Origin: Octopus vulgaris | Lineage: Eukaryota | Assembly (NCBI GenBank): GCA_951406725.2 | Contig: OX597817.1 | Span: forward strand, 74,586,001 to 74,650,000 | Reading direction: 5' to 3' | DNA length: 64,000 nucleotides | Part shown: positions 26,236 through 40,600 of the stretch, piece by piece | Layout of the letters: every line of letters begins with the position of its first letter | Position numbering within the stretch: the stretch's first letter is position 1 | Position numbers and translations under genes: made by a program | The notes under the pieces: model-generated | The model's database searches: none | Seen by the model: the letters and a program-made list of their open reading frames with translations, nothing else | Told to the model about the DNA's origin: nothing

Positions 26236-26570
26236 ATCATCGCTGCTGCCGCTGCTAAGATGGTATGCTGGCAGAATCATTTGCACACCAGACAAAATAC
26301 TTAGCAACATTTCCGGCTTGTTACATTCTGAGTTCATCCTTTAGGGGTCAATAAAATAAAGTATCTTTTAAGTACTCTTGTTTATGTAATCAAATTATCC
26401 CCACCCCATCAAAATTGCTGGCTTTGTGCCAAAAGAAATATTATGACTTTATCATTGTTATCCCACTGCGTGGCACCTTGGGCAAGTGTCTTCTACTATA
26501 GCCTCGGGCCGACCAAAGCCTTGTGAGTGGATTTGGTAGGGCAGAAACTGAAAGAAGCCTGTCATATATA

Positions 26571-26601
<31 letters not shown>

Positions 26602-27132
26602 GTTTGTGTGTCTGTGTTTGTCCCCCCAACATTACTTGACAACCAATGGTGGTGTGTTTACATCCCTGTAACTTAGCGGTTCGGCAAAAAAGACCAATAG
26701 AATAAGTACTAGGCTTCCAAAGAATAAGTCCTGGGGGCGATTTGCTCGACTAAAGGTGGTGCTCCAGCATGGCTGCAGTCAAATGACTGAAACAAGTAAA
26801 AGAGTAATTAATTAAAGCAGCAAGCTGGCACAATCATTAGCATGCCAAACAAAATGCTTAGTGGCATTTTATCTGTTTTTACATTCTGAGTTCAAATTCC
26901 ATCCAGGTTGACTTTGCATTTTCATCCTCTCAGGGTCAATTAAATCAGTACCAGTTGAACACTGGAGTCAGTGTAACCCACTATCATCCCTCCTCCAAAG
27001 TATCATGCTTTTTGCTTACAGTAGAAAGAATTTTTTTAAAATTTTTGCAGAGTTATTTATTTTGTTAGTCTTTCTTCCCATGAACTTTCATTTCATTTTA
27101 CTTTTTGTATGTGTGTGTGTCTCCCTAATCAG

Positions 27133-27268
27133 GCAATGTTCAGAATGTGCCAGCTCAAGTAGTGATGTTTCAGAAGAAACTGGAGTTGACGTTGATGCTC
27201 CTCGTAAACTACGTGAAAAGATCAAGGAACCAATTAAGTTTGAGCAGTTACAATTAGATATAAAATCA
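27133..27268 (+). CDS. PHF14: PHF14 exon (end of PHD finger)
   Basis: taatcag|G CAA TGT...AAA TCA|gtaagt; (W)QCSECASSSSDVSEETGVDVDAPRKLREKIKEPIKFEQLQLDIKS completes WQCSEC. Confidence 0.9.
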
Positions 27269-27462
27269 GTAAGTATTATTATTATTATTATTATTATTCT
27301 GTTTGACTTTTGCTTTACATTTGTACAAGTTGGCTCCAAGTCTCACCCAGAGACCTCAAGAGACAAGTTAGAAGTTCATGTTGGTGTTATACCTAGGGTG
27401 CCATATATTTGGTTTTGTACTTAGTGTTGTACTCGTGAATGCTTAATAATACTTAATAATGC

Positions 27463-27498
<36 letters not shown>

Positions 27499-27577
27499 TT
27501 ATTAGTTTAACAATACTGTTGATGTAATCAATTTACACTTTCCTTGAACTTGTTGGCCTTGCGCCAAAACTTGAAAC

Positions 27578-27617
<40 letters not shown>

Positions 27618-28135
27618 GTGTGAAAGAGCAGTGCATGCCCAATATACTCATCATGACTACCCCTCTGATAAGGGTACACATGCATCACAACCATATGTGC
27701 ATGACATGATCTCATATCAAAATAAACAGCACATGACCTTGCAGGTGGGGCCCAGTTAGAATTTTCTTGAGATCAATTAGCCCATCCCACTGAAAAGGTC
27801 CCTGAATAAGGGTTGTTTAAGGATGTTGGACAAAACACCCATGTTTCCAGAGTTGATTTATCCAAACCCCAAAAGAATTCCACTCAACATATGGCTATGA
27901 TGCTCTCCCACTACTTCTGTTTGTGATCAGAGATGCACATATTGTCAGCCACCAAAGGATATGCTCAACTGGTTATGGTTAAACAACTGACAAGCAAATC
28001 TGTAGTATTGAGCAGAATATTTGCTGTAGCCCATCTATTATACCAAGACAAAACAATGTACATGATAACACTGCCAATCAGTTAAGATGAGAAGCCATGA
28101 GAGCCACTGCCTGGTACTGTATCAGGGCATTTTTT
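27618..28135. repeat. (TTA)n-embedded interspersed repeat; shorter copy at 24352-24618
   Basis: 24352-24618 is nearly identical to 27865-28131; both copies are bounded by (TTA)n. Confidence 0.75.
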
Positions 28136-29519
28136 ATTATTATTTAAGGCAGCAAGTTGGCAGAAGTGTTAGCACACTGGGCCAAATGCTTAGTGACATT
28201 TCATCCATCTCTACATTCTGAGTTCAAATTCTGTCGAGAATGGCTTGTGGGATCAATAAAATAAGCACCAGTTGAACATTGGGGTTGATGTAATTGGCTT
28301 ACTGGTCTTGTGTCAAAATTTGAATTTGTTGTTACTGTTGTAATTATTATTATTGTTGTTGTTGTTGTGAGGAACTGGCAGAATCATTAGCACACTGGGC
28401 AAAATGCTTAGCGGCTTTACATTGTGAGTTCAAATTCTGCCTTGTTCAATTTAACCTTTCATTCTCTTGACTTTGATAAAATGCTGGCATGAGTTGGCCA
28501 GTTTGACAGGACCCAGTAATCCACAGGGTCACATCAAGCTCCAGTGTCAGCTTTGGCATGGTTTTTATGGTTGGATGCCCTTTTTAAAAGCAACAACTTT
28601 ACAGTGTGTACTGGGTGCTTTTTTCATGCCACCAGCCATAGTGAGCTTGCCAAGTAACTTACAAGAAAGAAGAAAACAAGATGAAGGAAAAATGAAGAAG
28701 CTTCTTTGACTAAATGGGGGAGAAGTGTCTGTGAGAAGGGAAAAGAGACAGTGGTTCTATGACATGTATTGAAAGGCTAAAATATGATGGGGAGACAAGC
28801 CCAGATGTCTTTCTATGCAGCAAATGCAAATCTACCACACATATTATATAAGGGTTGGTGGGAGTTGCTGGTGTGAGAGGAGAATAATGGATGATTAGAG
28901 ATGGGGGGGGGGGGTAGAGGTGAATGTAATGAGTGATGAACAAGGGTGGAGGTGTGGTTGATGGAAGATACTAGTATAGAGAGGGGTCAGGTGAGATATA
29001 CAGAAGTGGCTCAGGAAGGAGAATAGATCAGAAAGTAGTGACATGATGTGCAAGGTTTAGAAGCAGTAGGAAGGGAGATGTAGAGGTACATAAGGTGGGC
29101 GCTTTAGTAAATGGGGTGAGTTAGCAGATATTAGAGGGCATTGCATATGAAAGAAGATAAGATGTTAAGAAGGAGTATGACAGAGAAGAGTGAGAGAGAG
29201 GACTGGCTGAAGGCACAGAAAGGTGATATGTAGAAATAGTGTGGGCAAGGATGATAATGAAAAACGGAAGTGATTCCAGGAATGAGGGGAGGTTACTGAA
29301 ACTAAAAAGAAAGTGGGGAGGGGATTATGTGCTAATACGTGCTAATTCTGCTCTCAAGTGATTACAGCAGCCAAGTAGTACCATAGATAGAGGAGTGATG
29401 GTTGTTAGAGGATGAGATGTGGGAAATGCTTGATGGAACATAGGGAAAGGAGGTACATGGTCCTGCATGTACAAGCATAACAAAGGTTGTTTTAGAATAT
29501 AATTTTTGCTGTAATGAAT

Positions 29520-30310
29520 GGGTCTCCTCAAGTACAGCAAGCTGTCAATCATCTCAGTCTCTTCTTTAAGACTCAGTATCTTGAGATCAGTCTTCACTAG
29601 TTCCTTCCATGTCTTCCTGGGTCCCCTTTTTCCTGAAATTCCAACCACTTTAAGCGATCAGCACTTTATGTAGCTGTTCTCATCCATACACATCACATGG
29701 CCAAACCAACATTGTCTTCTCTCTTGCATACTATATCAGATTCCTCTTATGCCTAATTTTCTCTCAATACATTAGCATTTAGTGGTAAATGCATACTGTT
29801 ATTGCGCATCCACCATAGCATATTAACTTCATTCCTCTCTAGTCTTATGTCCTCTGCATTCAGGATCCACATCTCACTACTGTGTAGCATTGTTGTTCAT
29901 ACACAAGCATCATACGATCTGCTTTTCACTCATCAGGAGAGACTTTTTGTTACCAACAGAGGTAACAGCTCACTGAACTTGCTCCAGCTTGTTCTTATTC
30001 TAGCAGCTATACTTTTGGAATGCCCTCCTCCACTGCTAATTAGGTCACTTAAGTAACAGAAACTATTGACTTCCTTTAGAGCTTTTGAGAAAAATCAATT
30101 TCCCGTGTATCCTTAGTGTTTATGATTCCTATCCATCTTTCCACATACAAACAATACTTTCTCTATTAACCTTCCTGTGATTCTTCTTATGTGTCCATAG
30201 CTTGCACTGGGTACACTGTATAGAGTTCCTACCCACACCTTTCTTACATATCAAGCATGGCAATTTACCTGAAGGGAGTAGAGTTCTGTTTGTTTTCTTG
30301 CTTACTATAA
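29520..30310 (-). mobile_element. Decayed RTE-clade LINE, 3' part
   Basis: GKLPCLICKKGVGRNSIQCTQCKLWTHK...EVNSFCYLSDLISSGGG...ARIRTSWSKFSELLPLL...RGPRKTWKELVKTDL. Confidence 0.75.
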
Positions 30311-30732
30311 CTTGATTGTGCTTTTTCCTGATGTTTTCCTTTGTTCTCCTTCCTACTGTACTACATATTTATTATTATATAATAACTAATCATCATCATT
30401 ATTATTACTATTATTATTCAAAAGTTAGAAGAGACTTACTTTCATGAAGGTGTCATTTATAGAAACATTTCCGGTTTCTAAATGTAAATGTATATCACTT
30501 GATTGTAAATAATTCCCTATCTTTTTTATTCACATATTTCTTTTGTAAGTTCACAGAAAAAAATCTAAAAAAAACTACAATAGCAGCTGATACACAAGGT
30601 AAAAACTTACTTTAAAATCATGGAATTATTGATACCTTCATATTGAATGACCAACAAAAATAATTTAATTTCTCTCCTTTGGATAGTGTCTTGTAATATT
30701 TTTGTTTGTTGTGTTTTGCTTCACTTTAATAG

Positions 30733-30858
30733 GAAAAGCGTCTACGGAATCGATCAAATTCTAAACAGAAAAAAGGAAAGAAACGGAAGTCTATGAAACT
30801 AGAAAAGGTTGGCAAACGAGAAGAGAATGAAGATTCTGAAGAAGTCATGGAACTTTGA
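30733..30858 (+). CDS. PHF14: Probable terminal coding exon of PHF14 (basic, NLS-like tail)
   Basis: ttaatag|GAA AAG...CTT TGA; EKRLRNRSNSKQKKGKKRKSMKLEKVGKREENEDSEEVMEL*; phase 0 fits; no conserved motif to confirm it. Confidence 0.62.
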   Translation, partial: EKRLRNRSNSKQKKGKKRKSMKLEKVGKREENEDSEEVMEL

Positions 30859-31450
30859 TTCATTTCCCTAATTTGTTGTAACTAACTACAATGGTTACAT
30901 TGTAATTATCATATCAACATGCAGCTTACAAACACTAGTGACTGGATAATTTTTCTTCAATTAAAAAAAAAAAAAGAATTTACTATGAATTAGTTTTTAA
31001 TTTACATTTAAAATATTTAAATGAAGATTAATTTCCCGAAAATGAAATGTGTATTTATTGTTCTATGATGTGTTTTGTGAATTTTTGTTAAATTCTGGGC
31101 TAAAATTAAAAGAGTCAGTCAACTGTTTTAGCTCAGAAATGTTAAGTTTAGTTGATCACCAGTGTCCTTCAAAGCAATTTTAAAATGTCCAATATGATTG
31201 ATTAAAGATTAATCAAACAACTAAAATTTCAACAAGGCATTAGGAAGGGCATCCAGCTGTAGAAACTCTGCCAGATCAGATTGAAGCCTGATGCAGCCAT
31301 CAGGTTTGCCAGACCTGTCAAATCGTCCAACCCATGCTAGCATGGAAAGCGGACGTTAAACGATGATGATGATGTGATCATAATAATCATTGAAGTAAAT
31401 TTCTCCTGGAAAAGTCAGTGTTCCAGAGAAACGTTTTTTTTTTTTTCTCT

Positions 31451-31672
31451 TTAACCCTTTTGTTACCATATTTCTGTAGAAATTCAGTGCTTTTGTTTTA
31501 ATCAGTTTTGAAACTAATGGAGAATTTAGTAAAATAACTTTGTCTTTACTAATCTGTTGTTTAGAACATAAATTATTATAAAAGTTTGATGGAAGGTTCT
31601 AATTTAGATCATTTACAGAGTTTATTTCATAAAATTAGGGGTGGTCTCACAGGTTGATATGAAAAGGGTTAA
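31451..31672. mobile_element. TTAA-flanked MITE family 2, representative copy
   Basis: TTAA-CCCTTTTG...AAAAGGG-TTAA; related copies near 9507, 17812, 51991, 54765. Confidence 0.7.
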
Positions 31673-34600
31673 TTTCTTGCTCAAATGTCTAAAGGTCCTT
31701 CACTATTTTATTCCTTTAGAATTGAAATAAAATGTTGAAATACAGAGACAAAAACTAATCCATTGATTACACTGGTGGTCAACAGAATTATTATTTAAAT
31801 GCTTAATAAGATTTGAAGGTTTCATTCTTTTTCTAAGCTAACCCAGGCTTGCTAAAGATCTGCAGGAATACAGCATTTCTGCTCATGTCTGATTTAACTA
31901 TTTTATCAAAAGTCTTCTTCAGTCTACCTCTTCTCAGAGTACCATCCACAACCAGTGCAACCAACTTCCTTTCTTACTTTGACAATGCTCATTATCCTCA
32001 GTTCTTTTTTCAACAATATCTTGCAAATTGGTATCATACATCAAATTCTTCATTTCTAATTAAAATAGACCCCCTGTGGTCATAAATGACTGTGGGATTG
32101 CACCTATAAAGTTCCCCTCAAAGGCACAAATCTGGACAGGGTTGTTTATTGAAGACTAGCAGTCACCGATGCATGTCAATCACCCCTCTCCATGCCACCA
32201 ATGTTATCCAAGGGAAAGGTAAAGGCCGATACTGCTTGGCACTAGTGACATTGCAGCTCTTTTCTGCAGCTGAGTGAACTGAAGCTATATGAAATAAAGT
32301 GTCTTGCTCACAAACAACAGAGCCCAGTCCACGAATCAAACTCACTACTTCATGATTGTGAGCCCAACAATAACTACTGAGCCATGTGCCTTTATTCCTT
32401 TCTAATTACTGCATTTAGTACCAATGTTTCAATGTAATATAGCACCTCTTTTCTTTATATGCTTCTGCAATCTGCAAGAAAGTAACCTATTCAGGAGCCC
32501 TGGTTGCTTCAAATTGCAGGCCACCAATGAAGGGGAACCAGATTCCAGTAAAACAACCTTTCTGGTGGGGTACCATAATAAAACAACTGTCCCTCTTTGG
32601 GAGGGTATCTATCTGTAGTATTGTTAATGCTATTAATCCCTCAGGTCAAGTTCTCAGTTAGGGCGTCCACAATGTCCTAACACATTGTTTCTAATTGCAT
32701 CTTACCTTGTAAAAAAAACAGGGCCCATGAATAATTCCTCTGGTGGTTGTCCTGTACAATCAGCAGTCCTATATACCCATATTTTCTTCTACTCCAGTTT
32801 GTGAATGGTAACCCTAGAGACAATTTCAAGAGGCCTCCCCATACTCACTGACTTTAGTTGGGCTACTTACAAGAAGTCTTGTTCAAAAGACACTTCCACT
32901 GGTCTGGTCACACACATTGTCATCCCTCGTAAATACCTTTGTAATGCATTGTAGTCATCTCATAACTCACCCTAAGAATATGTGAAGAACAGGATGGGTA
33001 GCTGAAAAAAAATGGCTTACTACAAGCAAGTTGGATCTTGAATCAATATCTGATCCTCACATTATATGGCATCTTCTGTTGGAATTGTGACTGGTCAGTG
33101 ATCTCCAACTCAGATGTCTAGGTTCACTGTGGATGGTTGCCTTTGGTTCACAATGCTGAGGATTCTCTAACCAGAATTCTCTCAATTCCTCTTGAATGAA
33201 TGCATGACACAAATCATCCTAATCATCCACTTTTCCATGTTTGCAAATTTTTGGGGGGCCAGATGCCCTTCTTGTCACCAACCCACACCTATTTCCAAGC
33301 AAAGTAATATTTCCTCCTTGGTCAGACATGTTTATGCGGAATATTGGAAATGAAATGCTTGTATGACAATTGTATTCATTTACAACTATCACATGATGTC
33401 ACAAGGAAACAAATGTACACACACATACTTTTATATGACAGGCTTCTTTCAGTTTCCATCTATCAAATCCACTTACAAGGCTTTGGTTGACTTGGGGTTA
33501 TTGTAGAACCTAGCCTAGATAGTACACTGTGAGACTGCTTCCTAACCACAAGGTTTCAGGTTCAAACTTCTCAACCGCACAAACATTCAATTACTTACAA
33601 GTAATTGAAGTTAATAGCACCAATTCATAAGTTTCAGTTTCTGCTTTTTTCCTGACAAAACTACTACAAATATGACCAATAAAACCAAATAAGAAACATA
33701 AGTCTATTGGATAATTCTCCTTCTTGACACAAACATCCTTTGACATTTGTCTAACCTTAACCATACCTGCCAATTCTTACTAACATAAAATACATTTTCT
33801 TCAAGACAAAAAAAAAAAAAAAAAACCTAATTTTCTCTCCTAACTCATCCCAGGTACCCAGGCTAATTTGTATTTAAACTTTGCTGTGATAGGTAATGTT
33901 AATACAAATGTAGAGTCCACACTGTCCACCAGTAGGACTGAACCTGAAACCATGTTGCTGGGAAGTAAACTACTTCACCATAGCCACACCTGCACCAAAT
34001 GTATTTCAACCTAACAGATGCAAAACATCTAAGCAGTGGAAACTCAACATCAGCTGCATTGGCTTCATTATTCAGGTACAGCTTAATCCAGTTAGATCAG
34101 AAAAACAATCAAATCACATATACACACACTCGTAAATTATATAACCAACAACACCATCAAAAATAATCATTACTGATTATGTCACCTGACAAATCAGACT
34201 TACCAACAAATGCATAACATTATTTTTGCAAAAGTAATCTACATTAGATTATCTAGAATGTAACTTCATACAAATTTCTACGTGTATGCTTTTCTTATAG
34301 ACATCACCCTGCAAATAGGCAAGAGAAACAGCAATCACAGCAGTAGTGATGTAACACTGAAATTATTGTCTGAATATATAGATTTTTTTTTTGAATTTTG
34401 CTTTATGCAAGTTTCACAGAACTCAGGACAGCAGTAATGTAGAAGAATGTTCGCGGATTACACGTTAACTAAGATTTTGATGTAAATGTTACCAACCCAT
34501 GCTAGCATGGAAAACGGACACTAAACGATGATGAAGTAAAGATTTTGGACTGAAGCAAATAGATAAATGGTTTACATCTAGTTAGTAAAACCTATAGTTA

Positions 34601-37600
34601 TTTTTTGTCTCAAAATGGTGTTTATGAGTGTTGTTCTGTTCTTAAAACTGATATTTCCAGAACACTGAACCTTTTGTTTCTGCATTTTTTAAGTAACTAG
34701 TGTTTTAATTTTGCAAATACTAATACTTAAAAAGCTAGGTAATTTTAATAAATCCTTACAATTTAAAGATGATGTTGGGTAATAAAAGATAAGTTCTTAC
34801 ATAAAATAGAATGATGACATTGACATATGAACTCTTAAAACCCAGGTTTTGTAACTCAGAATCAGAGGCAGCAGCAAAAGTGTTAACTCTTTAGCATTCA
34901 GATTTCTATGTCAAATGTATTGCTCATTTATTCATGTTGTTTAAATTATGTATCATCTTATAGCTTCAAGATTTCAATGGTATGTGTATGTTTTTAGAAT
35001 GACATTGTAAGATAGGTGTGTGAGACTGGATCTGCCCAGTCTGAACATAGGGTTGGATACAGCCAGTTTAAATGCTTAAAGGTTTAAGTAAATTAGAGAC
35101 AAGGGTATAAACTTTCACAAATAGCTATTCCTTAACACAGTAAGCTAAAGTGAAGAAACATGATTTTTATCTCCAAGAAATACCAACATCTGGAGTAACC
35201 CACTATATCACTTGACCAATCCCTCTTTGCACATTATTCCTATGCTCTGGACTGAGGAAACCCTGTCAGATCATTGCTAATAATGGTAGCAAAATCTTTC
35301 AAATCAAGCACTTCCATCCTTCCTATCTTGACTGTGGTTAAGGGAATTCATTGACGACATCACAACCAGATCTCAATGAAATTGAGATCTGTCCACTGTT
35401 TGATATTAACCCAGGCAACAACCAATCCAGTATGGGTTCTGGTTATCATGAATGTATCATGGGCAAGTTAGCTTGGTAGCACCCAGTTCTCTCCAAAGCT
35501 ATTAGTCATAGCCATATGCCTCCAAGACATCTTGATAAAAAAAAAAAAATCAAGCCCTACAATCTTTGAAAGATATTAAAAAAAAACAAATGTGGGGGCA
35601 GTTATATTGAATAATGTAGTTAAATATAAGCAAGAGGTGTACAGCTAGAATACCCCTTCAAGATAGCACTGATATAGCAAACAGGTACAGAAACGAAGTT
35701 ATTGATACACACAACACAAGGAAGACACTGTTAAGTTTTCTAGCTACTGTCACAAAAGAGCTCAGGAAAAAAAAAAGGTCAAATAAGCAATAAATGAGGT
35801 AAGTTAAAAATACTGACCAAAATTTACATATACTATACACACATCACTATCAACCAGACTATCAGATGTTATACACCACTGGTCACAATGCACTTCCATC
35901 TTCCCCTCATCATAGGGACCCCTTTTCTGATCATTTGAATACCACTCTGCAAATGCACAGCTCCTCAAGATTAGTTGAAAAAAATGCAATACCAAGTGAT
36001 ACAAGGGAGGTGGTTTAAAAAAGAAAACTTCCATTGAACTATACTTACTCCAAAACAGTTTGAATTTTAAACTTATGCTAATGCAACATTTGTTTTTGAG
36101 GTAAGGCTGTGCAACAGACAATTCTCATCCTTAACCCTCTTTAAATTTGTGATCATTTTACAGCTAGAGCGGCTGTAAAATGAAAGGCGAGATTATTAAT
36201 TAGATAAAAGGCTTAAATCTAGTTATATCATTAATGACAACATATTAAATTCAGTTGTTAATGCATTTCCTACATGATTGTTTAGGAATAAGCCAGGCCC
36301 CCAACCCTTGGGCCTTAAAATAGAAAAAAAAATAGTGTAGTAGTTAGAAAGGATACTTCACAACCATGGTCTTGAGTTCAATGTTACTGAGTGGCACCTT
36401 GGATAAGTGACAAACAGGGCTTGAGTTAAATTGTACTAAACCATCGAGTTGATAATTATTACCGAAAGGGAAGTAACTCTTAAAAATGGGAAGATGCTAT
36501 GTAATCTGAGATAAAGAGATGGGTAATGGATAGGTATGTTGATATAATTAAACAAAACTCTTGAAAGCAGTGCCCCAGCATTATCACTGGTTCCATGACT
36601 GAAACCAGCAAAAGCAGAGCATAAAAAGTGTTTTTCTGTAATGCCTGGTACTTATTCTATCAGGCCTTTTGCCAAAAAGCTAAGTTGAGGGGATGTACAC
36701 ACACCAATACCAGTTGTCAAATGGTAATGGGATACACACACACATATATATATATATATACAACTGGCTTCTTTCAGTTTCTGTTTACCAAATCCATTCA
36801 CAATTCTTTGGTCAACCCAAGGCTATAGAAGACACCTGCCCAAGGTGCCATACAGTGGGACTGAACCCGAAACAATGTGAACAACACCAGCATCTATATG
36901 TTCAAGAAAGATACATGAAAATACCAGGAGGCAATGCTAAAGTTGCAAGCATATTGGGATGAATAAAAAGGTAGATAGCATACAACTTCATGGTTGCTTA
37001 GCAACAGTTAAAATTCTCAAATTACATTCAACTGATCTGTGGCCAAGCAATTTCATTTTTCTTTAAAGAAAATTACAAGTTCCTGTCCTGGTTATAAAAA
37101 AAAAAAAAAAAAAGAGGCAGGGTGTTTGAGGGAGCTAAAACAAGAAATTCTTAATTGGTGCTTATCATCCATTTGACCCATAAAAGTGAAATAGAAACAG
37201 CATGTCACTAAAAAGGGGATTGAAATACTGAAAGATGGAACAGAGAAAAATAATAGAACTTGAAATCAAAGTGCAAATATCAAAAGCCAGACAACTATTG
37301 TTACTTAATGAATTACAGGTTGTATAAAAAAACCTTCAGCAGAGGCAATATTTTCCATGAGCAAATCACAAAACCCAATCACTGAGAGGGGTGGGTGATG
37401 AAACCATCATTCTACCCGTTTAGCATTCAGATCTCGCTGTCAAATGTGATGCTTATTTATTTACATTGTTTTGAACTAAGCATGCATTACCTCATAGCTT
37501 CAAGATTTTAATGATGTGTTTAGTTTAAGGTGGGTATCAGAAGGTTGGATCTGGCCAGTTTGAACATAAAACAGGATGAGTATTTAGGCCAAATATGGCT

Positions 37601-40600
37601 AGTTTAAATGCTAAAAGGGTTAAAGTCTACTTTTCAATATTCACATGAGTTGGATGGATTTAGTTGAGGTGAATTTTCTAGTGGGATGTCACTAATCTGC
37701 ACCTGTTTCCAAGTAGGGTGATATTTCCCCATGAACAGATATATCTTCACAGAATACTGGAAATTAAGGACACTCATTTACATCTATCACACTATGTCAA
37801 AACAAGGAGACAGTAATACACACACACAAATATGATGGACTTCTTTCAATTTCCATCTACCAAAACCACTCATAAGGATTTGGTTGGTCTGGGGGCAAAT
37901 AGTGACTGAACTGGGAATCATGTTGCTGGGAAACAAACTTTTGACCACACAGCCATGCCTGCACCTATTTCAATACTAGCCTCAAATCACAACTGTTCCT
38001 ACATCACCAATCCAACCACCCTTTTAATTTACCTTCTCAGACCTGGGGTCCTAAATCAAAAAATAAATAGTTGCATATACAGCTCAAGAGTAATGATTGC
38101 AAACAAATAAATGAACTGTCACAAAAAAAAAAAAAAAAAAAAAGAATGATATCTTTCAACTACCATATTTGTTCATTTGAATGGCTAGTTTCATCATGTT
38201 CACCAGTTTGAATCACTCATTGCCAGCATAAGTGTAAACTTTTCATCCAAAGAATAAATATCATCAATAATTTCCTCAACTGCAGAGTTCAGGCTTTGTT
38301 GGTTTACAAGAGAAAGTGCCGGGTTCATCACATATTTTTTTCTTCACAATTAAAAACAAAAGTAAACAACACCTATGAATTAGTCACAAATACACTTGAC
38401 TACAAAGCTGCAAGTTGATCATTTATCTAATTTTAGTATTTTATCATCCTTTTCTGTGCACGTGATTCGTTACTGCTTTAGTGGGAATTTGGCACAGATG
38501 ACATTTAAGCCATACCTGCTATGGCTTGACAGGGTTAATGTTCATATTAAAATAAATTCATTATCACATGAATGATGACATGAAATTTCATTTGGGATCT
38601 TTTTTTGTTTTACCATTCTAACCAGCAGAAAAGAAAGAAAAAAAGTGGATGTGCCAAATTTTTGTAAATGCAATATGTTTTGATCATGGTAGCCATAAAA
38701 GGTTAAAAAAAAATTTAGATTTAAAAAAAAAAAGTCAATAATTCTACACCAGTGAATTCTAAGATGATTGATGAACAGATAATTGTTTCAGGCCTTCGTT
38801 AGTTTTGATTAGTCTTTGTCTAAGTGGATGGTAGGGAAGTGGAAACCTTTATATAATAGTATTGGAGTCAAAAGGAGTGGATGATAAGTTCATCTTTTAA
38901 CTGCCTTAAATTTCAAAATTATTTGGCATTTTTATTGAATATAGATCATCGTTTATCGTCAGCTTTCCATGCCGGCATGAGTTGGATGGTTTGACTGAGG
39001 GCTGGCAAGCCAGAAGGCTGCACCAGGCTCCAATCTTATCTGGCAGAGTTTCCACAGCTGGATGCCCTTCCTAATACCAACCACTCTCAGAGTATAGTGG
39101 GTGCTTTTTATGTGCCATCAATACAGAAGCCAATCAGGCAGCACCAGCATCGACCATGCTCAAATGGTGCTTTTTACATGTCACCAGCACAGGTGCCAAT
39201 CAGGTGGTACCGTCATTAGCCACGACTTCACTTGACTCAACAGGTTTTCACAAGCGTAGTTTACTGCCCAATGATTGAAGGATACTCTTAGATGGGATGG
39301 TTATGCTGCACTGGCATAGGCCACAGTCTCATTTGGCTTGCTGGGACTTCTCAAGCAAAGCATATCTCCAAAGGTCTCGGTCACTTGTCATTGACTCTGT
39401 GAGGCCCAACAATCATCTAATAATATTAGTGATAAAAAAATTTTTTTTAAATGGCAAGCTGGCAAAATCATTAGCACAATGGGCAAAATTTTTAGTAGCA
39501 TTTCGTCCATCCTTATATTGCAAGTTCTGCTGAAGATTTTGTCTTTCAGGATCAATAAAGTACCAGTCGAGTACTGGGGCTGATGTAATCAACTTAGCCC
39601 TCGAAATTGCTGGCTTAGTACCAAAACATTGTTCTAACATCCCATATTATATTGACAAATGTTTATGTTAGTTTTTAACAGGAATCAACCATGGCTGTGA
39701 TTGTACAGTTTACTTCCTAACCATATGGTCCTAGGTCCAATGCCACTGCATGGCCCCTTGAGCAAGTGTCTACTATACTCCAGTTCAACAAAAGCCTTCT
39801 GAGTTGATGTGGTAGATAAACTGAAAGAAGCCAGTCATATGCATGTATGTTGGTGGCTGTTAGTATCTCCTTGTCTTGGCAGCACATACAAGCTGGAAAT
39901 TAGTGTTACTATCATAAAAGTGGTATACTTTGTTTCCAACCTTCTATGAAAACATGTTCAGCTTGGGTGATATATTTCCTCACTTGGCAACAGGAATGGT
40001 ATACGAACATAGAGAATCTGCATCAACAAATTCCATCTGAGACATGCAAGTATGGAAAAGTGGACATTAAAAACAATGATGTAATTTTGTTGAATTACAG
40101 CAAAAGCATCAGGAAAAGAAAAGTGATAGTTAATATGAGAAACCCTTAGTTTAAATCATTCAATATATATATAAATATATGCTGAAAAGATTAAATGCAA
40201 TATGCTTATTATTGTGTCAACCATTCAAAATTTAAAAAAAAATAAAATAAAGATGATTTAGAAAATTTGCAGGATTATAAAATGTCAAGAATATGCAATG
40301 AGGAAACTAGGCAGTGCTGTACAAAGTGACAACCTTGAAGTCAATTGGTTTAAGCATTTTGATATCAACCCACTCAAGGCTGCTCTTGATTCTAAGATAA
40401 TATACTTTGTTTAATTCTTTAGCATTCAGATTACTCTATTAAATATGATGCTTATATTTATTCACACTGTTTTGAATTAATCATGCATTATCTTGAAGAT
40501 TTAGGATTTCAATGATGTGTTTGTTTATTTTTAGAATGACATTGTAGAGTAGGCATGAGAGGTCAAATCTAATAGAAAATTTGGGCCAGATAGTATCATA

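Noticed and set aside
28690-29330. Long purine-rich stretch
   Set aside because: Best explained as low-complexity sequence 3' of the adjacent minus-strand RTE fragment; no ORF or fold.
30550-30598. Possible small PHF14 exon before the terminal exon
   Set aside because: The cag acceptor gives in-frame stops; the aag acceptor ends in phase 1 and shifts the next exon. Direct splicing 27268-30733 is simpler.
34301-34470. Acceptor-like sites followed by short open frames
   Set aside because: Early stops, no similarity to PHF14 and no phase-consistent partner exon.
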